From an uncultured Acidobacteriota bacterium (GTDB lineage: Bacteria; Acidobacteriota; UBA6911; RPQK01; JAPXNP01): a DNA stretch of 64,000 nt. How positions within the stretch are numbered: position 1 is the stretch's first letter; every line of letters begins with the position of its first letter. Position numbers and translations under genes: made by a program. Location: assembly GCA_963777605.1 (NCBI GenBank), contig CAVZRV010000029.1:160001-224000 (forward strand), given 5' to 3'. Positions 19,519-30,849 of the stretch are shown here, piece by piece. Under the pieces are notes generated by a model that was given only the letters and a program-made list of their open reading frames with translations, ran no database searches and was not told the origin of the DNA.

Positions 19519-22278
19519 TCAGTTCTTTGCAGCGGGCGCCCAGGGATAGGTGATCTGATAGGTGCCAGGGCCCGCCTCGATCACAACCTGCTTGCCGTCA
19601 AAGGTGACCGAGCGGACCGCCTTGTGTCCCGAGAGGCTGGATTCCACCTCAGCCCTCGTGTCCCGGCCGGAGCCGGGCAGGAGAATCGTCCCGTGCGTGT
19701 TGGCTGGGAGAGCGACGTCCAATACGATCTGGTCACCCTTGATCTCCCAACGCGACTCGATGCGCCCGTACGGTGAATCGAGCGCTGCCCGGGCCCAGGT
19801 CAGTTTCCCGCCCGGCTCGGGGGCGATGGTGACGTGGTGAAAGCCCGGATCGTGTTCGTCGGGCTGAATCCCCGCCACCACGCCGTACAGCCACTCACCG
19901 ATGGCTCCATACGCGTAGTGGTTGAAGGAGTTCATCCCGGCATCCTGGAAACTGCCGTCCGGTCGAATTCCGTCCCACCTTTCCCAGATCGTCGTCGCCC
20001 CCTTCTTCACCGGGTAGAGCCAGGAAGGATAGGTGTCCTGATGAAGCAGTTCGTAGGCGACGTCGGTGAGCCCGTTCTCGGACAGGACGTGGCAGAGGTG
20101 AGGGGTCCCCAGAAAGCCGGTCGAAAGGTGGGTGCCTTTTCTGCGAATGTCTTCGACCAGGCGCTGGGCGGCTTGCGCCCGGAGGTCCTCGGGCAGCAGG
20201 TCGAACCGAAGCGCCAGGGCGTAGGCGGTCTGGGTGTTGGGAGAGAGCCTTCCCGCGGGGGTCATGAACTCGCGTTGATACGCTTTCCGGACGTGCTGGA
20301 AGAGTTCGCGGTACTTGCGGGCATCGTCTTCCTTGCCCAGGACCTCTGCGGTGCGGGCCAACAGGTCGGACGAGTGGGCCAGGAAGGAAGTGGCGATGAG
20401 ATCTTTGTCGGTGGCCGCAGCCGGGAACGACCAGTCGTGGTAGGTGGCGGAAAGCCAGTCGCCGAAGTGAGAACCGGTAGTCCAGAGGTGGCGGTCCCCG
20501 GCCTGGCCATCCATGTAGTCAACCCAGGCTTTCATGCTCGGGTACTGGGTCTCCAGCAACCGCCGGTCCCCGTATCGAACGTACAGGCTCCAGGGGATGA
20601 TGACCGACGAATCGGCCCAACCGGAGGATCCTGCACCGTCGGGAAGAACGTCGGGAATGACATGGGGAACGCGTCCATCTTCGTACTGATCGACCGCCAG
20701 GTCTCCAAGCCACTTGGTGAAGAATGCCGCAACGTCCATGTTGAACGAGGCGGTTCGGACGAAGACCTGGGCATCCCCGGTCCATCCCAGACGCTCGTCA
20801 CGCTGGGGACAGTCGGTGGGAACGTCCAGGAAGTTGCCCTTCTGGCCCCAGACGATATTGTGCTGAAGCTGGTTGATCAGCGGGTCGGAGCACTCGAATT
20901 CGCCGGTCGGTTCCATGTCGGAGTGGATTACGATTCCGGTAAGATCGTCCTTGTTCAGTTCTCCCGGCCACCCTTTGACCTTCACGTAGCGGAAGCCCTG
21001 AAAGGTGAAATGCGGCTCGTAGGTCTCCCGGCGCTCTCCCTTGAGCGTGTATGAAACGGTCTGTTTGGCGGCCCTCAGGTTCTCGGTGTAGAAGTTGCCT
21101 TCCTTGTCGAGCACCTCGGCATGTTGGAGGGTGACTACTTCGCCCTTTTTGCCCTGGACCTGAAGCCGGATCCGGCCCACCATGTTCTGGCCCATGTCAA
21201 CCACGGTGTCGCCTTCGGGCGTGTGGAGGATGTCGATCGGCTTCAGCTCTTCGGTTCGTCGAACCGCAGGCCCGGCGGCGGCGATCAAGGTCGACTTCGT
21301 GTGGTCATATCCAGCTACCGACCGCCAGTTCGAGTCATCGAAGCCGGGAGACGACCAGCCTGGCATCTCGAGACGGGCGTCGTAGGACTCTCCCATGTAG
21401 ATGTCCGACATCAGGATCGGTCCGGTGGTTCCCTTCCAGTTGCGGTCGGTTCCCACCGTCTCCACTCTTCCATTTCTGTATTCGACTCGAAGCATCGCCA
21501 GCAGGGCGAGTTGGTCTCCGTAGGTCGCACGTTTGTTGTTGAATGCAAGATAGCCCCGGTACCACCCATCCCCCAAAATCGCGCCGAGAACGTTGTCCCC
21601 CTGGCGGAGCAACCCGGTGACGTCGAAGACCTGGTACTGGAGTCTCTTGGAGTAACTCGTCCAGCCGGGCGTGAACACCAGGTCTGAGACTGGTTCGTTG
21701 TTGATCTGGGCCAGGTAGAGACCCAGGCTGGTGATGTAGAGCCGGGCGGATGCCACCGGCCCGTCGAGTTGAAAGGACCGGCGAAGGTAAGGGCTCGGGA
21801 CCGACTTGTCCGCGCCCCCGTCGGGGAAAGAAATCCAGTCGGCTTGCCAGTCGGAGGGGGAGAGGACCCCCATCTCCCAGTTTGCCCATTCGCTCCATCC
21901 TGAATCGACGTTGCTATCGTCCCAAACACGGACTCTCCAGCGGAGCCGTTCAAAGGACTGCAGCGGCGGGCCGGAGTACGGGACCAGCACCGATTGTGCA
22001 GACTCGGTTCGGCCCGAATCCCAAACGGGCGTTTCCGAGCTGTTCTGGTACACCTGGATCTGGTAGGCGCCCTGGGCCACTCCCTCGCGGTCCGTCGCCA
22101 GCTTCCAGGAAAATCGGGGAGCCGTGTCGTCGATCCCAAGGGGATTGACCCGATGGTCACACTGCAGGCCTGTCACACTGATGGCCCCGGAGCCGGGGGC
22201 CTGGCCCCGAGAAGCGGTTGGCACAAAAAAGCTGACCAGTAAGCCGCCCAGAAGGATCCGCGAAATCAGGTTCTTCAT
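19519..22278 (-). CDS. Alpha-L-rhamnosidase (GH78), secreted
   Basis: PTDCPQRDERLGWTGD, FGDWL, GATTIWERW, MNSFNHYAYG. Signal peptide from MKNLISR. Confidence 0.93.
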   Translation of the reverse strand: MKNLISRILLGGLLVSFFVPTASRGQAPGSGAISVTGLQCDHRVNPLGIDDTAPRFSWKLATDREGVAQGAYQIQVYQNSSETPVWDSGRTESAQSVLVPYSGPPLQSFERLRWRVRVWDDSNVDSGWSEWANWEMGVLSPSDWQADWISFPDGGADKSVPSPYLRRSFQLDGPVASARLYITSLGLYLAQINNEPVSDLVFTPGWTSYSKRLQYQVFDVTGLLRQGDNVLGAILGDGWYRGYLAFNNKRATYGDQLALLAMLRVEYRNGRVETVGTDRNWKGTTGPILMSDIYMGESYDARLEMPGWSSPGFDDSNWRSVAGYDHTKSTLIAAAGPAVRRTEELKPIDILHTPEGDTVVDMGQNMVGRIRLQVQGKKGEVVTLQHAEVLDKEGNFYTENLRAAKQTVSYTLKGERRETYEPHFTFQGFRYVKVKGWPGELNKDDLTGIVIHSDMEPTGEFECSDPLINQLQHNIVWGQKGNFLDVPTDCPQRDERLGWTGDAQVFVRTASFNMDVAAFFTKWLGDLAVDQYEDGRVPHVIPDVLPDGAGSSGWADSSVIIPWSLYVRYGDRRLLETQYPSMKAWVDYMDGQAGDRHLWTTGSHFGDWLSATYHDWSFPAAATDKDLIATSFLAHSSDLLARTAEVLGKEDDARKYRELFQHVRKAYQREFMTPAGRLSPNTQTAYALALRFDLLPEDLRAQAAQRLVEDIRRKGTHLSTGFLGTPHLCHVLSENGLTDVAYELLHQDTYPSWLYPVKKGATTIWERWDGIRPDGSFQDAGMNSFNHYAYGAIGEWLYGVVAGIQPDEHDPGFHHVTIAPEPGGKLTWARAALDSPYGRIESRWEIKGDQIVLDVALPANTHGTILLPGSGRDTRAEVESSLSGHKAVRSVTFDGKQVVIEAGPGTYQITYPWAPAAKN

Positions 22279-22367
22279 AAGTTCATTCCTCTGGAATGTT
22301 GCATCTCGAGGCCTCGAACCGGCTCGACCAGGCCGACAGGTCCGCATAGTCAGGTCGAGACCGTGAC

Positions 22368-23465
22368 TCAATCTCCGAAACAGGTGCCGACAGCCCGGGC
22401 GGCGCGAAGTGTTGAGAGGTTGAGGGGAACCCGGCGCACCTTGTTGGCCACAGAATGGATTGGGACCGAATCCAATTGCCCGCCCTTGCTGACCACCAGT
22501 TCGTTCAGCCGGTTCTCGAGGAGCAGTTCGTAGCCGTGAAATCCGAACCGGGTGGCCAGGAGGCGGTCATGAGGTGTCGGCGTGCCTCCTCTTTGGATGT
22601 GGCCCAGCACCATGGAACGGGCCTCCAGCCCACCGTGCTCCTCGATTTGGTCGGAGACCCACTTGGCTATTCCACCCAGTCGAATCGGGTCGGGCGAGGT
22701 CACGTCAACATGATCGACGAACTGTTTCCCGCCGGCGGGTATCGCACCTTCTCCAGCCGCGATGATGGTGAACTTCTTACCGTGTTGGCTGCGTTCCCGG
22801 CATGTCTCGATGACTTTCTCAATGTCGAAAGGAATCTCGGGGATCAGGATGACGTCGGCGCCGGCCGCGACTCCGGCGTGCAGTGCCAGCCAGCCGGCAT
22901 AGCGGCCCATTAACTCCACCACCATCACACGATGATGACTGCTGGCCGTGTCGTGAACCTTGTCGAGCGCTTCCGCCGCAGTATTGACGGCGGTGTCGTG
23001 CCCGAACGTGATGTCGGTCGCCCAGAGGTCGTTGTCAATCGTCTTGGGAATTCCGATGAAGTTGAGCCCCCTGTCGATCAACTGGGAGGCCCCGCTCATG
23101 GTTCCATCCCCACCAATGACAAAGATCGTCTCCAGTCCGGCGCGACGGGCGTGCTCGATCACCCGGTCTCGAACGTCTTCTTTCTGCCAGCCGCCCTTGC
23201 CGTCGGGGACGGCATAGCTGGCCGGGTTGGCCTTGTTGGAGGACCCGAGGATCGTTCCTCCCAGGGTGAGGATGTTGCTCACATCCTCGTAGCGAAGCGG
23301 TCTCATGCGGTCTTCGATCAGGCCGAGGTAGCCATCTTCGATGCCGATCACTTCGATCCCGGCCAGGATGGCCGGCTTGGCGACGGCGCGGATTACCGCG
23401 TTTAGTCCCGGGCAATCTCCTCCTCCGGTGAGAATCCCAACTCTCTCAGGTGCGCGCTGTTTCAT
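22368..23465 (-). CDS. pfkA: 6-phosphofructokinase
   Basis: GILTGGGDCPGLNAVIR, IGGDGT, PKTIDND, ELMGR, LGHIQRGG. Confidence 0.93.
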   Translation of the reverse strand: MKQRAPERVGILTGGGDCPGLNAVIRAVAKPAILAGIEVIGIEDGYLGLIEDRMRPLRYEDVSNILTLGGTILGSSNKANPASYAVPDGKGGWQKEDVRDRVIEHARRAGLETIFVIGGDGTMSGASQLIDRGLNFIGIPKTIDNDLWATDITFGHDTAVNTAAEALDKVHDTASSHHRVMVVELMGRYAGWLALHAGVAAGADVILIPEIPFDIEKVIETCRERSQHGKKFTIIAAGEGAIPAGGKQFVDHVDVTSPDPIRLGGIAKWVSDQIEEHGGLEARSMVLGHIQRGGTPTPHDRLLATRFGFHGYELLLENRLNELVVSKGGQLDSVPIHSVANKVRRVPLNLSTLRAARAVGTCFGD

Positions 23466-23612
23466 CGTGAAGTCCCGATAGGTGTGTTTTCTGTTTCAGC
23501 GGTTCAATTCCCCGACGACTATACCGTGAAGTCCAGGTTCCTTCCAAACCAGGGAAACTTCCTTGAGCCTTGGTCATGCAGAGCCTACAATTCAGACGGG
23601 AAAGGAGGCCTT

Positions 23613-24359
23613 ATGCGCGGAATTATGGGAACAGTCCTGGTTGGCCTGGTGATCGTGAGCCTGGCCTGTATGGCAGCGGTCCAGAATGGGGATGATGGAT
23701 ACGAGACGATCTTCGACGGGTCTTCGCTCTCTGGGTGGCACGTCAGCGCCGCAACCGGGCACAGCGCAACCAGCAACCATCAGTCGGGCGGCAAGTGGGT
23801 TGTAGAGGACGGTGCCATCGTCGGAACCCAGGATGTTCCGGGAAACGGCGGGATCGTAATCACCGATCGGAAGTTTGGCAACTTCGAAGTCGTCCTCGAG
23901 ATGAACAACGACTTCGGTCCCGACAGCGGGTTGTTCCTTCGCAGCACCGAAGACGGCAAAGCCTACCAGGCCATGGTCGACTACCACGAAGGGGGAAACC
24001 TGATGGGTGTCTACGGTGAAGGTCTGGGGGGCGACCCCAATATTCAGAATTTCAGATTTCTCGACAGCCCTGACCGGATCGAACTGGTTTCGGGCGCACC
24101 GATTCCCCTTGCGGTTCTTCCTGCCTCCTGGAAGTTCTTCTGGAGGCACGGACAGTGGAATGAGCTGCGGGCCCGGATCACCGGCGGAGCGCTGCCCACC
24201 ATCGTCACCTGGATCAACGGGGTCAAGATCATGGAGTGGACTGAAACGAAAGCCCGCCACCCTGAAACCGGGGGGATCGCCCTCCAGGTTCACGGCGGCG
24301 GGGACTACACCAATCAGTTCGTTCGTTACCGCAACATCCGGGTCAAGGTGCTGGAGTAA
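23613..24359 (+). CDS. DUF1080 (3-keto-disaccharide hydrolase) family secreted protein
   Basis: RBS AGGAGG. IFDGSSLSGW, DSGLFLR, GQWN, GGIALQVHGG, YRNIRVK. Confidence 0.88.
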   Translation: MRGIMGTVLVGLVIVSLACMAAVQNGDDGYETIFDGSSLSGWHVSAATGHSATSNHQSGGKWVVEDGAIVGTQDVPGNGGIVITDRKFGNFEVVLEMNNDFGPDSGLFLRSTEDGKAYQAMVDYHEGGNLMGVYGEGLGGDPNIQNFRFLDSPDRIELVSGAPIPLAVLPASWKFFWRHGQWNELRARITGGALPTIVTWINGVKIMEWTETKARHPETGGIALQVHGGGDYTNQFVRYRNIRVKVLE

Positions 24360-27300
24360 CGTTCTTGACCGGGTCGGGAGGACGTGAGGGCAGCTTCCTC
24401 GGTTCGCTGACCACCTTCTTCATGACCTCTTCGATGGCCCGGTCGAGTTGCGGATCCCGGCCGGCGATGACGTCAGCCGGGTCATTTTCCACTTCGATGT
24501 CGGGAGAAACCCCTTCTCCCTCGATGATCCAGTTGCCTTTCACGTCATTCGTCCCCTGCAGTGGAACGTAGACCGTTCCGCCGTCGATCAGCGGCCCGCG
24601 GTTGGAAATTCCGACCACGCCACCCCAGGTGCGCTTTCCGATGAGGGGCCCGAGCCCAGCCTCGCGGAAGCGGTAGGGGAAGATGTCACCGTCGGAGGCC
24701 GAGGTCTCGTTGATCAGGCAGACGAGGTGGCCGTAGAAGACCGTGTAGGGGTAGGTGCTGGGGTGTTCGCTCGAGTACCCGAAGCGGGTTCCGAGAAGTT
24801 TAGTGTCCAGACGCTCGAGAATCCACTGGGAGACATTGCCGCCACCGTTTGATCGGACGTCGACGACCATCCCCTCCTTCCGGATCTGGGGGTAAAACCA
24901 CTTGATGAACTCATAGATCCCTGAGGACCCCATGTCGGGTATGTGAATGTAGCCCACGCGTCCGCTGGTCTTCTGCTCCACGTACGCCCGCTTTTCAGCC
25001 ACGACGTCAAGGTAAAGAAGCGGGCTTTCGTCGAAGATCGGAGTGTACTGGACCTCACGGGCACCCTCCATCGTCGGAGTCGAGCTGACCGTCAGGCGAA
25101 CCGGATCGGTCTTGTAGAGCAGTTGCCGGTATGGGTTGTCGGTTCCGAGCAACTGCTCGCCGTCGATTGCCAGAACGTAGTCGCCCACATTCAGATCGAC
25201 GCCGACTTCCGACAGTGGAGCCCGGTACTTCGGTTCTTCGTTCTGACCTTTCAGAATCCGGGAGATTCGATAACGTCCCGCCGCCTTGTCGAGTTCAAAG
25301 CGCGCGCCGGGCAGGCCGACTTTCGGGCGTTCGGGAATTTCGAAGTCGCCGCCCTCGATATAGGCGTGACCGATGCTCAACTCGGCAACCATTTCTCCCA
25401 GCACGTAGTTCAGGTCGGAACGGTGAGCGACGTACGGGAGCAGTTTCCGGTAGCGGTCCCCGATTGCTTTCCAGTCGTACCCGTGCATGTTGCGGACGTA
25501 GAAGAAGTCACGGTAACGGCGCCAGACTTCGTTGAAGATCTCGGCCCATTCCTGGGCGGGGACCCGGTCAACCATCAGGTCGCTGGTTGAGACCGTCTTG
25601 GCATCCTTGGCCTTGGGTCGGGCGTCGTAGAGCTTGTACGCCCGGCCTTCCCGAACCAGAACCTTGGTTCCGTCGGCGCTGAGGGCGAGTCCGGAAATGC
25701 CTTCGACGAGGATGCTGTCTTCCCGTTCTCCGAGATCAAAGACCCGCAGTATCACCTTTTCGGGAGACGGACGGCCGTAGAACGGGGCTCCGCTGGTCAC
25801 GTAGAGGAGGTACTTGTCGGTGGAAAGCAGGGCCCGGATGTTGTGCGGCGTCACCGGAATCCGGATGACTCGCTGGTTGAGCCCATCGGTTTCGATTTTG
25901 ATTGGCTCCGGCTTGCCCGATGCTGCGGAATCCGTGGCGGGCTTCTCCTCCCCCTTCTTCTCTTCGACCTCGGGCTTGATGGTCACTTCGTCGTCCCGGG
26001 GCGGGAACAGGTTGGCGGTATCTCCGGTCAAGGTATAGGCGAAAATTCCGGTTTCCCGGTTTCCCGCGTAGTTCCATTCAATGGAAGAAATCTGGGGAGC
26101 AAACTCCCGGTCGGAGAGGAAGTAGAGATACTTGCCCTTGGGATCCCAGGTGGGGTTCCACTCGTTGAAGTAGGGCTCGCTGACCTTCAAGAGAGAGTCC
26201 GCGGCCTCCGACCAGAGGTAGATCGCCTGGAAGTCGTTCTCCTGGGACAGGCTGAAGGCCAGCCATTGGCTGTCCGGCGACCAGGTGTAATCGGAGATGT
26301 CGCCGTATTCGTCGTCCGCGACCTGTTTTACCGACCGATCGGAAAGTTGCAGGACGTAGAGCTTGCCGTCCTTGTCTGAGAAAGCCAGCTTGCTCGAATC
26401 GGGCGACCATTCGGGGGCGTAAAGCATGGCGGCAAACTGGGTCGTCAACTGTTCCGGTTTGGAAGAGCCGTCCTGGGCAATCGTGTAGACCTGGTCTTCG
26501 CCGGTGAGATCTGAAATGAAAGCGATCTTCCGTCCGTCGGGTGACCAGCGGGCGTGCTTGTCATGAGCGTTCGAAGTGTCGGTAAGGTTGCGGGTGGCGC
26601 CATTTTCGATGGGGGCCGTGAAGATATCGCCCCGAGCGACGAAGAGAGCCCGTTCGCCCTTCGGAGAAAGCTCGAAATCTTCGATGTTGTTGGCGGCGGA
26701 GTAGTGGGACGGTCGCATGGCAAGCCCGTCGTTGGGGACGAAGATGTCGATCCCCTTGCTTTCCCTCGAACGAACGTTGAAGACCCGGAGAGCGCCGTCC
26801 AATTCGTAGACGATCTGCCCCTGGTTGTCCGAGGAGGGCCATCGGACGTCCCACGTCTTTTCGTGGGTGAGTTCTTCCACGCGGCCGTTCCCGGCGTCAT
26901 AGCGATACAGGTTGAGCGTACCGTCACGATCGGAGGCGAAGTAGATCGCGTTGCCGATCCACATCGGGTCGCGCTCGGTCCACTTGGACGGGGCAATGAC
27001 CTTCGCGCTGTCGTCGGCCGGGTCAAAGATGTACAGGTCCTGGGCCCAGCCACCGTGGTAGCGTTTCCAGGTCCGGAAATCGCGGAACAGAGGAGAATAG
27101 ACCAGTCGGCGCCCATCGGGGGAGAAGTCGCCGGCTCCGGAGTTGGGCATCGGAAGCATCTCCGGCAGGCCTCCTTCGATCGACACGGTGTAGAGCGCCG
27201 AGTTCGTGCGCAGCGTGTCCTCGTCCCGAAGTGACCGGAAGAGCACCTGTTTCCCATCCGGGGTCCACCCGTAAACCTGGTTGTCGTATCCCCAGCGGGG

Positions 27301-27624
27301 CGGCAGCGGCCCGTGAGCCGGGTAGTAGGTGAGGCGCTTGGGAATACCTCCCCGGCTGGGAATGACGTAAACCTGCTCATCCCCGTCATACTGGCCCGTG
27401 AAGGCAATCCACTTCCCGTCGGGTGAAAACTTGGGAAAGAGTTCCTGGCCTGGGTGTGCCGTGAGGCGGGTTGCGGTGCCCCCGGTAGTCGGTGCCTTCC
27501 AGATATCACCCGCGTAGCAAAAAACGACCTCATCCCCGTAGATGTCGGGAAATCGGAGAAGTTTGGTCTGCGCTGCGGCGGGTACCATGGAGAGAAGGAA
27601 AATGAACAAAAGAGTCTTCTTCAC
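24343..27624 (-). CDS. Tricorn protease homolog (S41 peptidase with PD40 propellers and PDZ)
   Basis: PD40 repeats (FSPDGK), DVRSNGGGNVS, SASDGD, GKRTWGGVVG. Confidence 0.93.
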   Translation of the reverse strand: MKKTLLFIFLLSMVPAAAQTKLLRFPDIYGDEVVFCYAGDIWKAPTTGGTATRLTAHPGQELFPKFSPDGKWIAFTGQYDGDEQVYVIPSRGGIPKRLTYYPAHGPLPPRWGYDNQVYGWTPDGKQVLFRSLRDEDTLRTNSALYTVSIEGGLPEMLPMPNSGAGDFSPDGRRLVYSPLFRDFRTWKRYHGGWAQDLYIFDPADDSAKVIAPSKWTERDPMWIGNAIYFASDRDGTLNLYRYDAGNGRVEELTHEKTWDVRWPSSDNQGQIVYELDGALRVFNVRSRESKGIDIFVPNDGLAMRPSHYSAANNIEDFELSPKGERALFVARGDIFTAPIENGATRNLTDTSNAHDKHARWSPDGRKIAFISDLTGEDQVYTIAQDGSSKPEQLTTQFAAMLYAPEWSPDSSKLAFSDKDGKLYVLQLSDRSVKQVADDEYGDISDYTWSPDSQWLAFSLSQENDFQAIYLWSEAADSLLKVSEPYFNEWNPTWDPKGKYLYFLSDREFAPQISSIEWNYAGNRETGIFAYTLTGDTANLFPPRDDEVTIKPEVEEKKGEEKPATDSAASGKPEPIKIETDGLNQRVIRIPVTPHNIRALLSTDKYLLYVTSGAPFYGRPSPEKVILRVFDLGEREDSILVEGISGLALSADGTKVLVREGRAYKLYDARPKAKDAKTVSTSDLMVDRVPAQEWAEIFNEVWRRYRDFFYVRNMHGYDWKAIGDRYRKLLPYVAHRSDLNYVLGEMVAELSIGHAYIEGGDFEIPERPKVGLPGARFELDKAAGRYRISRILKGQNEEPKYRAPLSEVGVDLNVGDYVLAIDGEQLLGTDNPYRQLLYKTDPVRLTVSSTPTMEGAREVQYTPIFDESPLLYLDVVAEKRAYVEQKTSGRVGYIHIPDMGSSGIYEFIKWFYPQIRKEGMVVDVRSNGGGNVSQWILERLDTKLLGTRFGYSSEHPSTYPYTVFYGHLVCLINETSASDGDIFPYRFREAGLGPLIGKRTWGGVVGISNRGPLIDGGTVYVPLQGTNDVKGNWIIEGEGVSPDIEVENDPADVIAGRDPQLDRAIEEVMKKVVSEPRKLPSRPPDPVKNVTPAP

Positions 27625-27803
27625 GAGTTGTCTCCCTGTTTCGTGATTTGTTCGCCCTCCGACAGTTCACTTGCTGTCAGAACCAAGCGGGGATTTCATT
27701 CTAACCCGCCGCGCGGTTGGGAGAGAATGGCCAACCAGGAGAAGGGGAATTCATGGCTTCGATCTGCGATACTGAGTCGGGTTCGCTCGAGGAGAGATTT
27801 GCG

Positions 27804-29111
27804 ATGAACAACAGAGAGTCGGTCACGGTTGGAGTTATTGGGTTCGGCACGGTCGGTACCGGAGTCGTTGAGTTCCTGCTCGAACGGGAGAGGGAACGGG
27901 GTGATCTCCGTCTCGCACGGGTTGCCGTCGCCAATCCTTCGAAGCCCCGGGAGATCGAATTCCCCGGGGTGACCGGTGACGTGGGCGAGGTCCTGGACGA
28001 CCCGGAAATCCAGGTCGTAGTGGAACTCGCTGGCGGAGAACGGCCTGCTCTCGACTACATTCTCCGTGCGTTGTCCTCGGGCAAGAGCGTTGTCACGGCC
28101 AACAAGGTTGTGGTTTCCCGTCACATGCGCCAGTTGTTCGAAACGGCTCGCAGTCATGGGGTCGATCTTGCTTTTGAGGCGTCGGTTGCCGGCTCGATTC
28201 CGATCATTCGGGTTCTGAGGGGCTTCGCGGGCGAGCGAATCCGGAGGGTCACCGGGATACTGAATGGGACCTCCAACTACATCCTGACTCGGATGGAGGA
28301 GGGGTTGACCTTCGAACGCGCGCTCGAACTCGCTCAGCAGAAGGGTTTTGCCGAAGCCGCCCACCATCTCGACACGGGCGGATTCGATGCCCGCGACAAG
28401 ATCGCCATCGTGGCTGCTCTGGCATTTGACCGCTGGGTGGAACCGGAATCGATCTATTGTGAAGGGATTACCGGAATCACTCCCATCGATCTCGACTTCG
28501 CCGCCAAGCATGGAGTCGAGGAAGGGGGAGGCGGTTTTGTGGTTCGTTCCCTGGCGACGGCCCGGCTCGAAGATGACGGCAGCAGTATTCAGGTTCACGT
28601 CTATCCGGCCCTGGTGCCTCGCGAACACCCGCTCTCGACCGTCCGGGATGAAATGAATGCCGTTTATCTGGAAGGAGGGCATTGCGGACCGCAGCTCTTC
28701 CTGGGCCGGGGCGCCGGCAGGCTGGCGACAACGAGCGCGGTGGTTGCAGACCTGATTCGGGTCGCCGGCAACCGGAGGAAAGGGATCGTTGACGAATTGC
28801 CGGCGCTCGTATCAGAGGTCGGAGTCTCCTCGATCGAGAACCTGGAACGGCGTGGTTATGTCAGGATGAACCTGAAACACGTCCCGGGGAGCATTGCCGA
28901 GGCTTCGCGAATCATGGGGGAACACGGCTTCAACATAGAAGACTCTGTGCAGCGGCGGCGTTTCCGGGTGAACGTGGAAGGGGAAATCTTCATCCCCGAC
29001 ATCGTTACGGTAGAGCCGTTACCATTCGGCGTTGTCGGCAAGGCCCTCAACGCGCTGCGCGGCTCAAATCGTGTTGCCGGGGACCCGTTCTACCTGAGGT
29101 TCGAGGAGTAA
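27804..29111 (+). CDS. hom: Homoserine dehydrogenase with C-terminal ACT-like region
   Basis: GFGTVGTG, VVTANK, FEASVAGSIP, GILNGTSNYIL, GRGAG. Confidence 0.92.
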   Translation: MNNRESVTVGVIGFGTVGTGVVEFLLERERERGDLRLARVAVANPSKPREIEFPGVTGDVGEVLDDPEIQVVVELAGGERPALDYILRALSSGKSVVTANKVVVSRHMRQLFETARSHGVDLAFEASVAGSIPIIRVLRGFAGERIRRVTGILNGTSNYILTRMEEGLTFERALELAQQKGFAEAAHHLDTGGFDARDKIAIVAALAFDRWVEPESIYCEGITGITPIDLDFAAKHGVEEGGGGFVVRSLATARLEDDGSSIQVHVYPALVPREHPLSTVRDEMNAVYLEGGHCGPQLFLGRGAGRLATTSAVVADLIRVAGNRRKGIVDELPALVSEVGVSSIENLERRGYVRMNLKHVPGSIAEASRIMGEHGFNIEDSVQRRRFRVNVEGEIFIPDIVTVEPLPFGVVGKALNALRGSNRVAGDPFYLRFEE

Positions 29112-29113
29112 GG

Positions 29114-29229
29114 CGGGTTGCGGGTTCCGTGTTTCGAGTTTCTGGATCTCTGGAGTGCGGCCAGCCCTGGCATCCGTCCTCGCAGTTGCTGACGACCCGA
29201 AACGCGAAACCCGCCAAGAGAAACCAACT
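29114..29229. repeat. Degenerate heptamer repeats in inverted orientation between convergent genes
   Basis: CGGGTTG CGGGTTC CGTGTTT CGAGTTT ... GACCCGA AACGCGA AACCCGC. Confidence 0.5.
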
Positions 29230-30621
29230 CTACGACTTCATCTTCATCGCATCCGGATCCCATTCGATGATCCGGTTTTCCCGGTAGCAGTAGTTGGCGA
29301 GAAGGGCCGGTGCTGCAGCTCGCATACCGTAGACGGCATCTTCCGCCACCTTCCCGTCATTCCGCAGCGCTTCGAAGAAGAAGCGGAAGTGGTCGACGCG
29401 GGCATCGTAGCCCTCTGGAGCCGCATACTCGACGTCCCCGTTTACCTTGGTGGTCTGGGGCTTCGTCTCGCCGACATGGGTCTTCTTGTAGTTCTCGGTC
29501 CAGGCTGCCTGCTCGGCTTCCGAGAATGTCCGCACGGAATTGTAGCCGTAAACCAGTTCCTGCAGAGACGGGTCCTGGGGAACGTTTCTGGTCAGGCGGA
29601 GACTGTTTTCGCCGATGTCCATCATTCCCTCGTTGCCGATGAGGCGGAACATGGGGCCGTTCCCGCCGTCTTCGAAGTCGGCTCCCAGGAAAAGCGTAAA
29701 GGCCGAATAGTGCTCTGTCTTCGGATACTCGTAGAGCCCCAGAATCAGGTCGGGGACCTCCCGTTTCTCGGTCCAGTAGCGGATTCCTCCGGTCGACATC
29801 GCTTTCGTCGGGCCGTTGGAGGTGATGACCTGGTGCAACTGGGTGAACTGGTGGACGTACATGTCTCCGGCGACACCCGTTCCGTAGTCCCAGTACTTCC
29901 GCCAGCGGAAGAATCGATCGGAATCGAAGGGAATCTTCGGGGCGGTACCCAGAAAGGTGTTCCAGTCGATCGTCTGGGTTGAGGCGTCGAGCGGAATCGA
30001 ATACTGCCAGGCGCCGAGAGCGGAATTCCGGCTGATCAGAATCATGCTCATGTTCAGTTCGCCGATCGCGCCCTGGCGGAACAGTTGCCGGGCTTTTTCG
30101 GTGACTACCGAACTGATCGTCTGGCTTCCCACCTGGAGCAGTTTGCCGGTCTGTTTCTGGGTCTGGATCAACTTGTCGCCCTGTTCTATCTTCTGAACCA
30201 TGGGCTTCTCAAGGTAGACGGCCTTGCCGGCCTGGAGGGCCTCGATGGCCAACGTCTGGTGCGAGTGGTCCGGGACAGCGAGGATCACGGCATCCACATC
30301 CGCGCGGTTGAGCACTTCCCGGTAGTTCTTGGTTGTGGCGACCTGGGATCCGAAGACTTCCTTGGTACGGGTCAATCGTCCGTCGTAGCAATCGGATGCC
30401 GCGATGAGATCGACGCCCGGAACCTTCAATGCCGTCATCGTGTCTTCGAAACCGATAATACCCATCCCGATCGTAGCCAGTCCGATGCGGTCGTTCGCAG
30501 CGATTTTGGCGCTCGACATAGCCGGTGCGGACAGAATGATCCGGGACGAGGTGGCCGCCAGTCCTCCGGCGGCCGTAAGCTTAAGAAACTCACGCCGTGA
30601 TGAACTCAGTTTATTGCTCAT
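29230..30621 (-). CDS. Gfo/Idh/MocA family oxidoreductase with Tat signal
   Basis: SRREFLK twin-arginine motif, [25 protein letters not shown]. Confidence 0.9.
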   Translation of the reverse strand: MSNKLSSSRREFLKLTAAGGLAATSSRIILSAPAMSSAKIAANDRIGLATIGMGIIGFEDTMTALKVPGVDLIAASDCYDGRLTRTKEVFGSQVATTKNYREVLNRADVDAVILAVPDHSHQTLAIEALQAGKAVYLEKPMVQKIEQGDKLIQTQKQTGKLLQVGSQTISSVVTEKARQLFRQGAIGELNMSMILISRNSALGAWQYSIPLDASTQTIDWNTFLGTAPKIPFDSDRFFRWRKYWDYGTGVAGDMYVHQFTQLHQVITSNGPTKAMSTGGIRYWTEKREVPDLILGLYEYPKTEHYSAFTLFLGADFEDGGNGPMFRLIGNEGMMDIGENSLRLTRNVPQDPSLQELVYGYNSVRTFSEAEQAAWTENYKKTHVGETKPQTTKVNGDVEYAAPEGYDARVDHFRFFFEALRNDGKVAEDAVYGMRAAAPALLANYCYRENRIIEWDPDAMKMKS

Positions 30622-30763
30622 CGATAACCCCCTGATGATGATTTGATGGTTTCTCCAAAGCCGTACTCGAGCCGCCCTAAGCGTAGCGCGAAGGAGGGGC
30701 AGGATCAAACGTTTCCGGCGGATGCTTGCGGATAGGGGAAGCGTGTTGTGGAAGGAGCCGTGA

Positions 30764-30838
30764 GGCCGGCCGGGAGAAAACCGGCCGGCCTGCGCGAGTC
30801 GAGAAGCAGGCCGATCGCCGGCGGTGGGGCCGGCGATC
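30764..30838. terminator. Two GC-rich hairpins downstream of the fasciclin gene
   Basis: GGCCGGCCGG-GAGAAAA-CCGGCCGGCC and GATCGCCGGC-GGTGGG-GCCGGCGATC. No clear U-tail. Confidence 0.35.
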
Positions 30839-30849
30839 GGGTGGTGCGG

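Noticed and set aside
18927-19553. 208-aa ORF in the intergenic repeat region
   Set aside because: It is a translation of palindromic and heptamer repeats, with no RBS or protein-like composition.
22368-23465. PPi-dependent phosphofructokinase
   Set aside because: GGDGT (Gly rather than Asp) points to ATP use. The Lys in PKTIDND alone is not decisive, so no claim is made.
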